The translations under genes and the position numbers were made by a program. A stretch of DNA of 58,347 bases from Candidatus Bathyarchaeota archaeon. Its GTDB lineage: Archaea > Thermoproteota > Bathyarchaeia > TCS64. Below the pieces are notes generated by a model that saw nothing but the letters and a program-made list of their open reading frames with translations, was not told where the DNA came from and did no database searches. This document shows positions 18,900-29,032 of the stretch, one piece after another; position 1 is the first letter of the stretch, and the number at the start of each line of letters is the position of its first letter. The DNA is taken from assembly GCA_043826455.1 (NCBI GenBank), contig JBDRQD010000038.1, positions 1 through 58,347 of the forward strand. The letters run 5' to 3'.

Positions 18900-20030
18900 T
18901 TGTTAAACGCCCCTTTCCCCCATTCTCCGATCCGCCGCTTGAACAGACGCGTCCTGCTTGTCCTGCTGATTCTCCTAAGCCTGGTCTCGCCCGCCCAGGC
19001 CAGAGCATCCGAGTACAAGTACACGTTCACCTACGTGCTTGAGAACAGGGGGCAGACGCCTCTAGAGCTGGCGGAGGAGGACCTCACTGTGCCCCTCTTC
19101 ATGAACTCTTCCACGCAGACGGTCAAGGTTAAGGAGTCCTCAGTAGGATACACGTCGGGCAACGTGGACCCGGACGGTAACAGGGGGGCGGTGATGACCC
19201 TGGAGAGAACCTTGGGCCCGAGGCAGTCCACCACCTTCACCATGACATTCACCATAAAGTCGGACAGTAGGTCTGTGCCCGGCTTCAACCACGATGAGGC
19301 CGACAGGTTCTCATCCATACCACCCAGCATTGTTGACCAGTACACGGGAGCCACAGAGACCTTCAGGAGTGACGACCCTGACATTGCCGCTAAGGCTTTG
19401 GAGGTTGCGGGGGACGCCGAGACGGTCCTGGATGCCCTCGTCCTCCTCATAGAGTCCGTCACCGGGGAGACCACCTACTGCAACTTTGAGGTCCCCAGGT
19501 ACCCCAACACCACCCTCTCGGAGGGCCTGGGGGACTGCGACGACCAGTACATCCTTCTCATATCCATGCTGAGGAGCCGGGGGGTCCCCGCCTACCTACA
19601 GGTAGGCATATACATACACTCCAGCATCGACGACTCCCAGACCAGCTGGGAGGGGCATCTCACCAACGCCCGCAGGGGCGTGGGGTGGCACGGGTGGGCC
19701 ATGGTCTACGTTCCCCCGTGGGGCTGGGTGCCAGTGGACCTCACCTTGACCTCGGAGAAGAGCGGGTTGGAGCTCCTGAGGAAGGCGCCGGAGTACGCGG
19801 GCAACGTCGTGGCGGCCTTCAACGTCTCGGAGCAGCCCTACATCGGCGACACGTTGACCACGAGGGCGAGAATCATAGGGAGCAGCCTCTACGCCTCGGT
19901 GACCGATGAGGCCGAGGAGGTCTATGGCGGGGGGCTGGGGCGTGAGGTCTACCTGATAGCGGGTCTGGGGTTGGCTGTGACAGCCGCCATCGTCCTCATG
20001 TTCCTCTCCGGCCGTAAAGGTTCTAGTTGA
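18900..20030 (+). CDS. Membrane-anchored secreted transglutaminase-like protein
   Basis: Signal peptide, Cys-His-Asp triad 'GDCDD...HGW...VDLT', C-terminal TM helix. Confidence 0.85.
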   Translation: MLNAPFPHSPIRRLNRRVLLVLLILLSLVSPAQARASEYKYTFTYVLENRGQTPLELAEEDLTVPLFMNSSTQTVKVKESSVGYTSGNVDPDGNRGAVMTLERTLGPRQSTTFTMTFTIKSDSRSVPGFNHDEADRFSSIPPSIVDQYTGATETFRSDDPDIAAKALEVAGDAETVLDALVLLIESVTGETTYCNFEVPRYPNTTLSEGLGDCDDQYILLISMLRSRGVPAYLQVGIYIHSSIDDSQTSWEGHLTNARRGVGWHGWAMVYVPPWGWVPVDLTLTSEKSGLELLRKAPEYAGNVVAAFNVSEQPYIGDTLTTRARIIGSSLYASVTDEAEEVYGGGLGREVYLIAGLGLAVTAAIVLMFLSGRKGSS

Positions 20031-20035
20031 AGCTC

Positions 20036-21154
20036 TCACAGAACTGTTTTCAGTGCCACTGGGTCTCCCTGGGGGACGCAGTCCCTCAGCCTTCTCAGGG
20101 CTCTCATCTCCTCGCCTCGCCGGAGCCTGGATGCCTGTATTCCACTGCGCAGCACGTCCACGGCTTCGTCCATGGCCCTCCTGTCCACTGGGAAGGGGAC
20201 CCCGTCCTTGCCTCCGAAGGCGAAGTTGAATCTGACGGGATCACGCCAACTGGCCCTGTCCCCGTACACCAGCTCAGCCACAAGGGCGAGACCCCTGACG
20301 GTGCCCGGCCCTATCCCCTTGGTGGAGATCAGCTCCTCGTAGCTCCTGGGCTGGAACTGGTATGCAGCCCGCACCGCGTCCCAGTTAACGCTCCTGGGCA
20401 TCACCAGCACCCTGCGGCCCGTCCAGCCGTCTAGCCTGGTCTGCCCCGCGGGGGCAGACTCAGCCATGGCTCGCCTCAGCTTCTCGGGGTTGTCACGCAC
20501 AAGGTCCAGGCAAGTGGACCTGGTCTCCCTGCTCTGGCTGCTGGTCATGTCCAGGGCCTCATCCAGCCTTGTGGGGCACAGAATGGCGCCCTGGGGCTCC
20601 TCTATGAAGCCACGGTGCTCCAGGCCCCAGTGGTAGCGGCGAGCGTTCCCCATTCCCTCGTTTATGCCCTGCTGGACCACGATCCAGCGGCCCCTCTCGT
20701 CGAAGATGAGGCAGTGGTGGTATAGCTGGTACCCGTCCTGTACAAGGCTGTTGTCCACCTTGGCGCTCATCCTGCTGGCGTAGACGAGGCCGTCAACCTT
20801 GTATCCGCTGAGGCTGAAGACGCTTCCCATCTCCCTGATCTCCTGGGGCGTCCGGAGGCTGGTCCTGCCCTTACCGCCGCAGACGGTGACACCTTTTCCC
20901 TCCCGGTACAGGGCCTCCTTGAGGGCCCCACAGGTGACGGTGGTGGTGCCGCTGCTGTGCCAGTCGTAGCCTAGGACGCAGGCCAGGCTCTGAAAGAACC
21001 ATGGATCACCCAGCCTCTTCAGGAGCCCCAGGGTGCCGTACTCGTCTATGACGATGTCTGTGATGCACTCGGCCAGCTGAACCATGCGGCTGAACAGCCA
21101 CCGTGGGGCTTTCCCCGGGTGGAGGGGAAGCACAGCTGATCCGGAGTAACCCAT
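20036..21154 (-). CDS. DUF763 family protein
   Basis: 'LPLHPGKAPRWLF', 'DWHSSGTTT', 'FAFGGKDGVPFPVD'. Confidence 0.9.
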   Translation of the reverse strand: MGYSGSAVLPLHPGKAPRWLFSRMVQLAECITDIVIDEYGTLGLLKRLGDPWFFQSLACVLGYDWHSSGTTTVTCGALKEALYREGKGVTVCGGKGRTSLRTPQEIREMGSVFSLSGYKVDGLVYASRMSAKVDNSLVQDGYQLYHHCLIFDERGRWIVVQQGINEGMGNARRYHWGLEHRGFIEEPQGAILCPTRLDEALDMTSSQSRETRSTCLDLVRDNPEKLRRAMAESAPAGQTRLDGWTGRRVLVMPRSVNWDAVRAAYQFQPRSYEELISTKGIGPGTVRGLALVAELVYGDRASWRDPVRFNFAFGGKDGVPFPVDRRAMDEAVDVLRSGIQASRLRRGEEMRALRRLRDCVPQGDPVALKTVL

Positions 21155-21225
21155 CGGAGAGTCTTGGATGAACACACGTTAAAACGGTTAGGCACGGCGC
21201 CGGGGCTGGGACCCGGGTGAAAGTG

Positions 21226-21702
21226 CTACCCTATGAGGCGGCCGTACCTGTCCACTTCCTGGCGGCGGACGCGGGTGCTGCTGATGGGCTTGCCATCGTC
21301 CGCCAGCACCATGGTTATGACGAAGATGAGAAGCGGCTTCCTGCCCTGCTCGACCCGCATCTTGTTGATGACCTCGGCCGTGACCTCAGTCTCCTCGCTC
21401 ACAATGAGTCCCTCCAGGATGTCGCTGTCAATGGTGGGCCCGAAGGGGTCCCTCAGGGGCACAATCTCGGCTCTCTCTAGGAAGCCCTTCTCCTTCAGGA
21501 ACTCCACGACGTCCCGGCGCCTGTTCTCGTAGCTGTCAATCTCGTGTTGCTTCTTCAAAGAGGCGGCGAACTTTTCAGTGGTGACGCCGACGATGGCCCG
21601 CTCTCCAACGTTGAAGGTCTCCTCCAGAAGGAACCAGTGACCCTTGTGCATTACGTCAAAGGTCCCCCCCACGGACACCCACTTCAGCTTGTTGTTGGAC
21701 AA
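21226..21702 (-). CDS. coaD: Phosphopantetheine adenylyltransferase (archaeal type)
   Basis: 'GGTFDVMHKGH', 'DPFGP', 'VSEET', 'ISSTRVR'; probable TTG start after GGAG. Confidence 0.88.
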   Translation of the reverse strand: MSNNKLKWVSVGGTFDVMHKGHWFLLEETFNVGERAIVGVTTEKFAASLKKQHEIDSYENRRRDVVEFLKEKGFLERAEIVPLRDPFGPTIDSDILEGLIVSEETEVTAEVINKMRVEQGRKPLLIFVITMVLADDGKPISSTRVRRQEVDRYGRLIG

Positions 21703-21781
21703 GCGGCTAACTCCTGAACGCAGTATCGAATATACCGGCACAGTTAAGCTTTTTCACATGACGGACACGTAAAAAAAAGGG

Positions 21782-22012
21782 TTAATCGGCTATGAAGCAA
21801 GTCATGGTGGAGTTGATGCCCTCTATGTGCCTTATGCGGTCGATCACCAGGGATTGGAGCTCAGAGGAGCTCTTGCCCTCGATGATGACGTAGGCGTCGT
21901 ATGGGCCGTACAGGAAGTGGGCCTCTGTGACCCCCTTCAGCTTGCGGAGCTTGTTCAGGACGTCCCTCTCAGAGGTGGGCTCTAGGGTGAGGAGGACCAA
22001 TGCTTTATCCAT
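21782..22012 (-). CDS. Stand-alone Lrp/AsnC ligand-binding (RAM) domain protein
   Basis: 'GVTEAHFLYGPYD...IRHIEGINSTMT'. Confidence 0.85.
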   Translation of the reverse strand: MDKALVLLTLEPTSERDVLNKLRKLKGVTEAHFLYGPYDAYVIIEGKSSSELQSLVIDRIRHIEGINSTMTCFIAD

Positions 22013-22094
22013 GGCCACCACTAAAATCATTGGTAGCCACAGATATAAACGCATAGAGTTGCTGCGAAATCATTAAATCCTGTCGAAACCTTCA

Positions 22095-23396
22095 ATGAAC
22101 AAAACCGAGGAACACAGTTTGGCTCCCGAGTTCACTAGCAGGATATCAGGGTTCTACAAGAAGTCCGTGGAGGAACGCATCGGCGTCATCGCGGAGATGG
22201 TGGGTTTAACAGCGGAGGAGGTAGCCACCCTCAAGAGCAGGGGCGGCCTGAGCCTCGACGCCGCCGACCACATGACTGAGAACGTCATAGGCACAATAGC
22301 CTATCCCTTCAGCGTGGCCGTCAACTTCAGGGTCAACGGCAGGGACTACCTGGTCCCCATGGCCGGGGAGGAGCCCAGCGTGGTGGCCGCGGCCAGCAAC
22401 ATGGCCCGCCTCATGAGGGACGGCGACGGCATCAAGGCGACAACCACAGACCCCGTCATGATCGGCCAAGTACAGGTCCTGGACATACCGAACATGAAGA
22501 AGGCCGTCAAAGCCCTAGAGAAGAATAAGAAGATGCTGCTGGAGTCAGCTAACGAGCTGGACCCCGTGCTGGTAAAGTTCGGGGGCGGAGCCAAGGACAT
22601 CGAGCTAAGGCCCATAGAGACGGAGATCGGCCCCATGCTCATAGTGCACATACTGGTGGACTGCAGGGACGCCATGGGTGCCAACGCCGTCAACACCATG
22701 GCCGAGGCCCTGGCCCCCACGATAGCCGAGATCACAGGCGGCCGCACACTCCTCAGGATCATCAGCAACCTGGCCGACAGGCGCCTGGTGACGGTGAAGG
22801 GCGTCGTCACGAGAGAGGACATAGGCGGTGAGGAGGCCGTGGACAACATAGTGGCGGCGTGGGCCTTCGCCGACGCTGACCCCTACAGGGCCGCAACCCA
22901 CAACAAAGGCATCATGAACGGCGTCGCAGCCGTGGCCCTGGCCTTCGCCCAGGACCACAGAGCAATCGAGGCTGGGGCCCACGCCTACACTGTCAGGGAA
23001 GGACAGTACCGAAGCATGAGCAGGTGGAGCAAGAACAGCGACGGCGACCTGGTGGGCGAGATGACTCTCCCCATGGCCGTGGGCCTGGTGGGCGGAGCCA
23101 CCCGCAGCCACCCCATGGCCCAGGTGGCCAGGAAGATACTGAATGTGGAGAAGGCCGAGGACCTTGGCAAGATCATGTGCGCCGTGGGCCTAGCCCAGAA
23201 CCTGGGCGCCCTCAGGGCCCTCACCCAGGAGGGCATCCAGCAGGGCCACATGAGGCTCCACGCCAGGAACCTAGTGGTCATGGCCGGCGCCACAGGCGAC
23301 CTCATCGAGAGGGCCGCCACTGAGCTTGTGGACGGAGGGGAGATCAGGTTCCCCAGGGCCCAGGAGATCGTCAGGCGCCTGAAGGGCGAGGCCTAA
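22095..23396 (+). CDS. mvaA: Class II HMG-CoA reductase
   Basis: 'ENVIG', 'EEPSVVAA', 'DAMGAN', 'THNKGIMNG', 'EGIQQGHMRLH'. Confidence 0.95.
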   Translation: MNKTEEHSLAPEFTSRISGFYKKSVEERIGVIAEMVGLTAEEVATLKSRGGLSLDAADHMTENVIGTIAYPFSVAVNFRVNGRDYLVPMAGEEPSVVAAASNMARLMRDGDGIKATTTDPVMIGQVQVLDIPNMKKAVKALEKNKKMLLESANELDPVLVKFGGGAKDIELRPIETEIGPMLIVHILVDCRDAMGANAVNTMAEALAPTIAEITGGRTLLRIISNLADRRLVTVKGVVTREDIGGEEAVDNIVAAWAFADADPYRAATHNKGIMNGVAAVALAFAQDHRAIEAGAHAYTVREGQYRSMSRWSKNSDGDLVGEMTLPMAVGLVGGATRSHPMAQVARKILNVEKAEDLGKIMCAVGLAQNLGALRALTQEGIQQGHMRLHARNLVVMAGATGDLIERAATELVDGGEIRFPRAQEIVRRLKGEA

Positions 23397-23406
23397 GGGT
23401 GCCTGC

Positions 23407-23913
23407 TTGACCATAGAGATCGATGACGCTGGGACTGGAGACATCCTCCATGGCGTTGTCATCGGGGCCTACAGGCCCGAGGACGACCACTTTCTGTATG
23501 ACATGATCAACGTCCGCTACTTCCAGAAGCCAGTCTACGGAGACAAGAGGCACCTGAATGAGGCCCGCAGGATAGCGCTGCGCCTCGTGGACCGGCTGAG
23601 GATACGGGAGAACGAACAGATCACCATATGCTCTGGAGACATCCTCAACGAGGCCGCGGAGGCCCTCACTGAGGAATACGGGGAGGACCACGTGAAGAGG
23701 GGGAAGATAGAGAACAGGGGCCAGTACCTGGTGGAGCTGGCCTACATGAATGAGCTCAGGAACATAGGGTACGAGCCCATAGAGAACAGAACCGACCGTT
23801 GGGGGAAGAACTTCTGGCACATGTACAACTGGCTGAAGAAGGACCCCAGGGATAGGCTCAGGTGGGCCAAGTCGGGGTTCCCCAATATGAAGAAGTATCC
23901 GCTGTTCAAGTAG
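23407..23913 (+). CDS. Conserved hypothetical protein with RNase HII-like N-terminus
   Basis: 'IEIDDAGTGDILHGVVIG' resembles RNase HII 'GIDEAGRG...V'; host-like codon usage. Confidence 0.55.
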   Translation: MTIEIDDAGTGDILHGVVIGAYRPEDDHFLYDMINVRYFQKPVYGDKRHLNEARRIALRLVDRLRIRENEQITICSGDILNEAAEALTEEYGEDHVKRGKIENRGQYLVELAYMNELRNIGYEPIENRTDRWGKNFWHMYNWLKKDPRDRLRWAKSGFPNMKKYPLFK

Positions 23914-23959
23914 CCGTTTATCTTTTATCCAGCATCCATGCACCCTTAATTGAACCGAT

Positions 23960-24520
23960 ATGAAGCCCTGGCTCCTCAACATTCTGGCCTGCCCAATAGA
24001 CAAGCACCACCCCTTGGAGGCCTACTTCTACAGGTGGGAGACCCCCCTGGAGGAGATGGACAAGATTAGCAGGGAGGCCGGCGCAATCAGCCCCCACTTC
24101 AAGAAACAGTACGGCCACCTGGCGAAGCAGATAGAGGACGGCACCATAAGCCCGCCGTCCATCAAGGAGATAAGGGACGAGACCGGGATGACCTCCGCCC
24201 TGGAGCTCCTGGGGGACGCCAGGACCTTCCTCGACCGGCTGGCCTACGTGGAGAAGCCAAAGGCGGCGGACCTCCTGAAGGAGTTCCCTGAGGGGGTGGA
24301 TGTCCTGTACCGGTACCTGAACCTGGTGGAGGTCGCCGAGGGTCTTCTCTGGTGCCCTGAGTGCGGTCGTTGGTACCCCGTTGGCAGCGCCGTTGAGACC
24401 ATCCCGGAGCTCATGCCCGACGACCTGAGGGAGCGGGACAGGGACCTGGAGTGGCTGGGTAAGTGGCGTGAGAAGGTCCCTGAGCACGTATTGGTTGACG
24501 GCAGACCCTTCACACTATAG
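23960..24520 (+). CDS. Trm112-like protein with long central insertion
   Basis: 'LLNILACPIDK' ... 'EGLLWCPECGRWYP...IPELMPD'. Confidence 0.8.
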   Translation: MKPWLLNILACPIDKHHPLEAYFYRWETPLEEMDKISREAGAISPHFKKQYGHLAKQIEDGTISPPSIKEIRDETGMTSALELLGDARTFLDRLAYVEKPKAADLLKEFPEGVDVLYRYLNLVEVAEGLLWCPECGRWYPVGSAVETIPELMPDDLRERDRDLEWLGKWREKVPEHVLVDGRPFTL

Positions 24521-25238
24521 GCTTCTCGGCCCTGTACTTCTCCAGAGTCCAGTAGCCCAGGCCCAGGGCGAACCCGGTAACCGCCATCTCGGCGTACAGT
24601 ATACCGTAGCCTATCGTCATTAACACCACGAAGTCTATGGCGAAGTGGATGAGAATGGCCGCGGCCAGGTACCTGAGGTCCTTCTTCCTGAACGACTCCA
24701 GCACCACAATTGAGAGGCTTATCTGGATGATAATAGCCATGACCCTCTCATAGAAGCCTACAAAAGGTAGGTAGAGGGGTGTGGCCTCGATGGCCGCGAG
24801 CTGAGCCGCAGGAATCACCGAAGAGTTGGTGAGGAGAACCACCCCCACGGACAGCACGCTGGCCCCCACCAGGAAGATGCTCTCGATGCCGCCGTGGCCG
24901 GCTCCATACATCAACCCGTTCTCAAGAGTGTGCTCCTTCACCAGGAACCTGTAGGCGATGTACCGGGCCCCCTCCTCGAAGACACCGGCTGTGAGGGACG
25001 GGAACAGGGACACCACTGTCATGGTGTACAGGCCCAGGTCGGCGCCCAGTATGGCTAAGGTGGCGTAGTTGTTCAGCGGTATCCTGATGAGGCTGGCGAG
25101 GAACAAGGCGCACCCGACGAAGAATACTCTCCAATCTGTCCCTAGGCGCCTCTTCAGGTAATATGCCAGCGCCAGGGGGTAAACGATCTCCAGGAGCCCG
25201 GCGATAGTGAAGGAGACTCCGACCTCGGTAAGACCCAT
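24510..25238 (-). CDS. YhfC family intramembrane glutamic protease
   Basis: 'AGVFEEGAR', 'GAGHGGIES', multiple TM segments. Confidence 0.85.
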   Translation of the reverse strand: MGLTEVGVSFTIAGLLEIVYPLALAYYLKRRLGTDWRVFFVGCALFLASLIRIPLNNYATLAILGADLGLYTMTVVSLFPSLTAGVFEEGARYIAYRFLVKEHTLENGLMYGAGHGGIESIFLVGASVLSVGVVLLTNSSVIPAAQLAAIEATPLYLPFVGFYERVMAIIIQISLSIVVLESFRKKDLRYLAAAILIHFAIDFVVLMTIGYGILYAEMAVTGFALGLGYWTLEKYRAEKPIV

Positions 25239-25302
25239 GCCCCATGATTTGTGGCTGTGGTATTTAACTCACCGGTCTAGTTCGATGGACCCACGAGGGG
25301 AG

Positions 25303-27753
25303 TTAAGGTGCTCTGCCGTTCACCCTGTAGCCGTCAAGGCTGCCGTGCAGAGCCTCTACGCTCCACCGCCTCTCACCCGTGTCCCTGTCCACTGTCTGGG
25401 TATAGGTCCCCCACGCCTCGCCCGTGCTCCAGAAGCAGCTGAACTCTTCAGCGTTGATCCTCGGCTGGAAACATATCTCCTTCTCCACGGCGTCGCACGT
25501 GAAGCCACTCAACGCCAGGAGCAGGCCCCAGCTGCTTAGGCTGCGAGCGTAATGGTGGCCACACTCCACCTCGTTCCACGGGTTGCGCCTGACGCCGTCG
25601 TGCCTGTCCCTCACCGCCTTGACGATGGCCAGGCCCTCGTCCATGTAACCCTCGTGGATGAGGTGGCTGGCCACGTGGTACTCTATTCCGGTCCAGACCT
25701 CGTGGCTGTACACGAAGGGGTAGAAGGGGCGGTCTCCCTTGGGCCAGGTGCACAGGAGGAGCCCGGCCTCGTCGTTGAGGGCGTAGGTGCGCTGGGTGTT
25801 GTCGTGCTCATCAAATCCACTCATGAAGTTGTGGCGGTAAACAGAGCGGATCGCCTTCTTCACGTGTTTGGGGGGAAGCAGGTAGCCCAGGCCCATGAGA
25901 CTGGCGTTAAGCTGCCCCAGGAGCTGGTCGCTGAGGCACCCGACGCCGTGCTGGTACTTGTACGCGTCCATGTCATCCAGCCTCTGCACGTAGTAGTCGC
26001 CGCCCCAGGTGGCCCTGTCCAGGTTGACCCGGCCCTTCTCGTACAGCGTCCTGTACCTCTCAGCCGCGCCGTAGTCTCCGGACGCCTCGGCCAGGTGGAC
26101 CCCGGCCTTGAGGGCACCCAGGAACATGACGCCGCTGAGGGGGTTGGGCCCGTAGAAGCTGATGTCGTAGGTGTTGTGCTGCTTGGCATCGGTGACGCCG
26201 TCGCCGTCCAGGTCCCATGTCCTGCAGGCGTAGTCCAGGGCCAGTCTAGCCTTGGGCCAGAGACCGGTCATCCACCCGGTGTCTCCGCAGAGCTTCCACT
26301 CCCTGTACAGTCGCATGACGGCGCCGCATTGGCCGTCGCTGGCGGCCTCCACGCTGTCCCAGCTCCTGGTGCCTGGGAACACGTTGTAGGCGCGGAAGCT
26401 CATCTTGCCGTCCTGGTCTGTCTCGTGCCTGAACTCGGTCTCCCTCATGCTCCTAGCTAGGCTGGGGAAAAGGTGGGCCAGGGTCTGCTCGTAGTTCCAG
26501 ACGTGGGTGCAGTTGCCGCTGCAGCAGCCAGCGTCGTCGAAGCAGCCCTCGTAGGCGAGGAAGGCGCCGTCCTCCAGCCAGAAGCATGTGCTGCTCCTGA
26601 TGACTGTGATGTTGCTGGCCACAGCGTCCACAACGTGGACGGGCAGGGTTGACCCGTATAGGACGTCCCTGAAAGCCCGTGAGAGGTCGTCCAGCCGGTC
26701 CCTGTGCTTCACGTAGTGCCTGCAAACGTCCCAGGCGTCGCTGAACCTGACCGCGTACCTGTTACGGGCCGTCCCTCCACATCCACAGCCGCTGAGCCTT
26801 TGGTTCCAGTTGCCGACCCTGTTGGGGAAGTGCCAGGAGACGAGGAAGGTGAAGTCCACGGCCTCGCCTGGCCCCACCCTCTTGACGACGCCCAGACTGC
26901 CGACATCGGTCTTGCCCTCCTCGCTGGGGGACTCATACCCATGATCCGTGAGCAGCCCGTCACCGGCCAGGTCGTCCCAGAACTCCCTGAGGTTGTCCCA
27001 CCAGCCGCTCCTGTACCAGTGGGGCTTCACGGTGACGTCCCTCTCGGTGGTGGCAAGGCTCATGGAGCCGCGGAGGAGGCTGTCCTCGGGGTGCTTGCCG
27101 CTGGTGAAGATGATACCCCTCAGTCCGGCCTCCTGGGTGAACCTGTTCACGTTTCCCCCGAAGCCCTCCGGCTTGACCCAGCCGAAGTCGCCTACGCCGG
27201 TGAACCCCACGGCGTTGAGCAGGGAACCCACCACGGTCACATCCAAGTCACAGTCACTGGTGTTCTGCACAGTGTAGGTGAGGACCGCCAGAGGCAGCCC
27301 GGAGTCGTCGGGCTCGTGGGGGATGAAGGGCGTGTACGCCTCCAGCAGGACCCGGACGGGCAGCCCCTCGTCCACCAGCTCCATGTAGACGAAGGGGTAC
27401 TCGGCCCACATCCTGCTGTCACTGAACCTTGGCAGCCCAGCCACAGAACCGGGGTGGAAGCCATGGGACTCGCTGAAGGGCGGCGCCAGCCTGCTTTCCA
27501 GCACCCGCGCCTTGACGCGTTCACCTTCCTTGATGGCCACGGCGAAGAAGCTGTAGGGCAGCTTCTGGCCCTTGGCAGGCTTGTTGAATATCTCCCAGTC
27601 CCGGAGGTCTCCTCTGGAGCCCACCGAGAAGTTGCCTGTCCCTATGCTGCCCAGCAGGAAGGCGGCCTCCGTGGCTTCCCTGCCGTAGACCTTGGGCGGG
27701 CCGGCTCTGTGTAGCTCGTCCCGGGTGTAGGGGCGGAGTTTTTTAGAACCCAT
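25303..27753 (-). CDS. GH116 glycoside hydrolase (non-lysosomal glucosylceramidase-like)
   Basis: 'GSIGTG', 'CTHVWNY', 'QHNTYD', 'EVWTGIEY', 'NPWNEVECGHHYARS'. Confidence 0.92.
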   Translation of the reverse strand: MGSKKLRPYTRDELHRAGPPKVYGREATEAAFLLGSIGTGNFSVGSRGDLRDWEIFNKPAKGQKLPYSFFAVAIKEGERVKARVLESRLAPPFSESHGFHPGSVAGLPRFSDSRMWAEYPFVYMELVDEGLPVRVLLEAYTPFIPHEPDDSGLPLAVLTYTVQNTSDCDLDVTVVGSLLNAVGFTGVGDFGWVKPEGFGGNVNRFTQEAGLRGIIFTSGKHPEDSLLRGSMSLATTERDVTVKPHWYRSGWWDNLREFWDDLAGDGLLTDHGYESPSEEGKTDVGSLGVVKRVGPGEAVDFTFLVSWHFPNRVGNWNQRLSGCGCGGTARNRYAVRFSDAWDVCRHYVKHRDRLDDLSRAFRDVLYGSTLPVHVVDAVASNITVIRSSTCFWLEDGAFLAYEGCFDDAGCCSGNCTHVWNYEQTLAHLFPSLARSMRETEFRHETDQDGKMSFRAYNVFPGTRSWDSVEAASDGQCGAVMRLYREWKLCGDTGWMTGLWPKARLALDYACRTWDLDGDGVTDAKQHNTYDISFYGPNPLSGVMFLGALKAGVHLAEASGDYGAAERYRTLYEKGRVNLDRATWGGDYYVQRLDDMDAYKYQHGVGCLSDQLLGQLNASLMGLGYLLPPKHVKKAIRSVYRHNFMSGFDEHDNTQRTYALNDEAGLLLCTWPKGDRPFYPFVYSHEVWTGIEYHVASHLIHEGYMDEGLAIVKAVRDRHDGVRRNPWNEVECGHHYARSLSSWGLLLALSGFTCDAVEKEICFQPRINAEEFSCFWSTGEAWGTYTQTVDRDTGERRWSVEALHGSLDGYRVNGRAP

Positions 27754-27853
27754 GGTGTAAACTGGGGCTCTGCGTTGAAAACACTTGCCAGATGTGTGAA
27801 GTAAATACTCTCCTGAGAACCCTTTTCAAAAAACTATTTATCGGGCACTTTCC

Positions 27854-28762
27854 TTGGGTGACCTGCGACCCAGCTTGCAGTCAAAGGAGCTCAGGTTCTA
27901 CTACCCCATGCCGGTGTTTCCCCCCGTCTCAGTCACAGGAGGCGGATGTGACCTCAGGTGCAGCCACTGCAGGGGCCACTACCTCAAACACATGCCCGAC
28001 GTGTCCACGCCTGCCAAGCTGAGAGACTTCTGCGTCAGGCACGAGGAGGCTGGTGGCGTGGGGCTCCTCATAAGCGGCGGCAGCACCATCGAGGGCCGCG
28101 TCCCCCTGAGGCTCTTCCTCCAGACAATAGCGTGGGTGAAAGAGAACACGGGTCTCATAGTGAACCTCCACACAGGAATGCTGGACTCAGGAGAGGCCGA
28201 GGAGATAGCATCAACGGGCGCAGACATAGTGTCCGTGGACGTGGTGGGCAGCGACGAGACCCTCAGGGACGTCTACGGGCTGAAGGCGAGCGTCGAGGAG
28301 TACGGCTCCACTTTGACCAACCTGGTGGACGCCGGCGCGCCCCACGTGGCCCCCCACATATGCGTCGGCCTCCACTACGGGAGGGTCCTGGGAGAGCACA
28401 GGGCTCTGGAGATGGCTGCCAGCATAAACCCGGAGGTGATAGTGTTCCTAGGCCTCATACCCACTGAGAACACCCCCATGGCCAGTGTGCCGCCTCCCCC
28501 CCTGGCCGAGATCACCGGCCTCATATCCGAGGCTAAGAGGCTGAGCCCCCGCACAGACGTGTCCCTGGGCTGCATGAGGAGCAGGGACTACAAGGCTGAG
28601 CTGGACTGGGCCGCCGTAGAGGCGGGGGCCGACAGGGTAGCCCTAGCATCCCGCTCCACGGAGCAGAGGGCCCTGGACGCCGAGTACAGGGTCATCCACC
28701 TAGACGGATGCTGCGCCACGCCAAGAAGCCTCGAGAAGAGGCTGCTAAGAGGCGAGGGCTAG
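27854..28762 (+). CDS. lipS1: Radical SAM lipoyl synthase subunit LipS1
   Basis: CxxxCxxC 'CDLRCSHC', 'GCMR' and 'CC' motifs; adjacent to lipoate ligase genes. Confidence 0.8.
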   Translation: MGDLRPSLQSKELRFYYPMPVFPPVSVTGGGCDLRCSHCRGHYLKHMPDVSTPAKLRDFCVRHEEAGGVGLLISGGSTIEGRVPLRLFLQTIAWVKENTGLIVNLHTGMLDSGEAEEIASTGADIVSVDVVGSDETLRDVYGLKASVEEYGSTLTNLVDAGAPHVAPHICVGLHYGRVLGEHRALEMAASINPEVIVFLGLIPTENTPMASVPPPPLAEITGLISEAKRLSPRTDVSLGCMRSRDYKAELDWAAVEAGADRVALASRSTEQRALDAEYRVIHLDGCCATPRSLEKRLLRGEG

Positions 28763-29032
28763 CCTTATGACCTTCACGAAGTCGCCTGGGGCCACCCCGT
28801 AGAGTGTTATGTCCTCCTCGCCGAAGAAGGACTCTACCCTCTCCTCGATCTCCTCCAGGGGCGAGCCTGTGAGGGCCTCCTCCAGGCCTATTATGGCCTC
28901 CTCGGGGTGCATGAAGAAGTCGCCCACCAGCTTCACCTTCACCAGGGCGCCGCCGCGTTCCTCCACCTCGGCGGCCAGGAGCTTCCCGCCAGGTACCTTG
29001 TACTCGGCCCTCTTCAACGCTGGCTCACCCAC
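28745..29032 (-). CDS. lplB: Lipoate-protein ligase C-terminal subunit (LplB)
   Basis: 'KVPGGKL...GDFFMHPEE'. Confidence 0.88.
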   Translation of the reverse strand: MGEPALKRAEYKVPGGKLLAAEVEERGGALVKVKLVGDFFMHPEEAIIGLEEALTGSPLEEIEERVESFFGEEDITLYGVAPGDFVKVIRLALAS

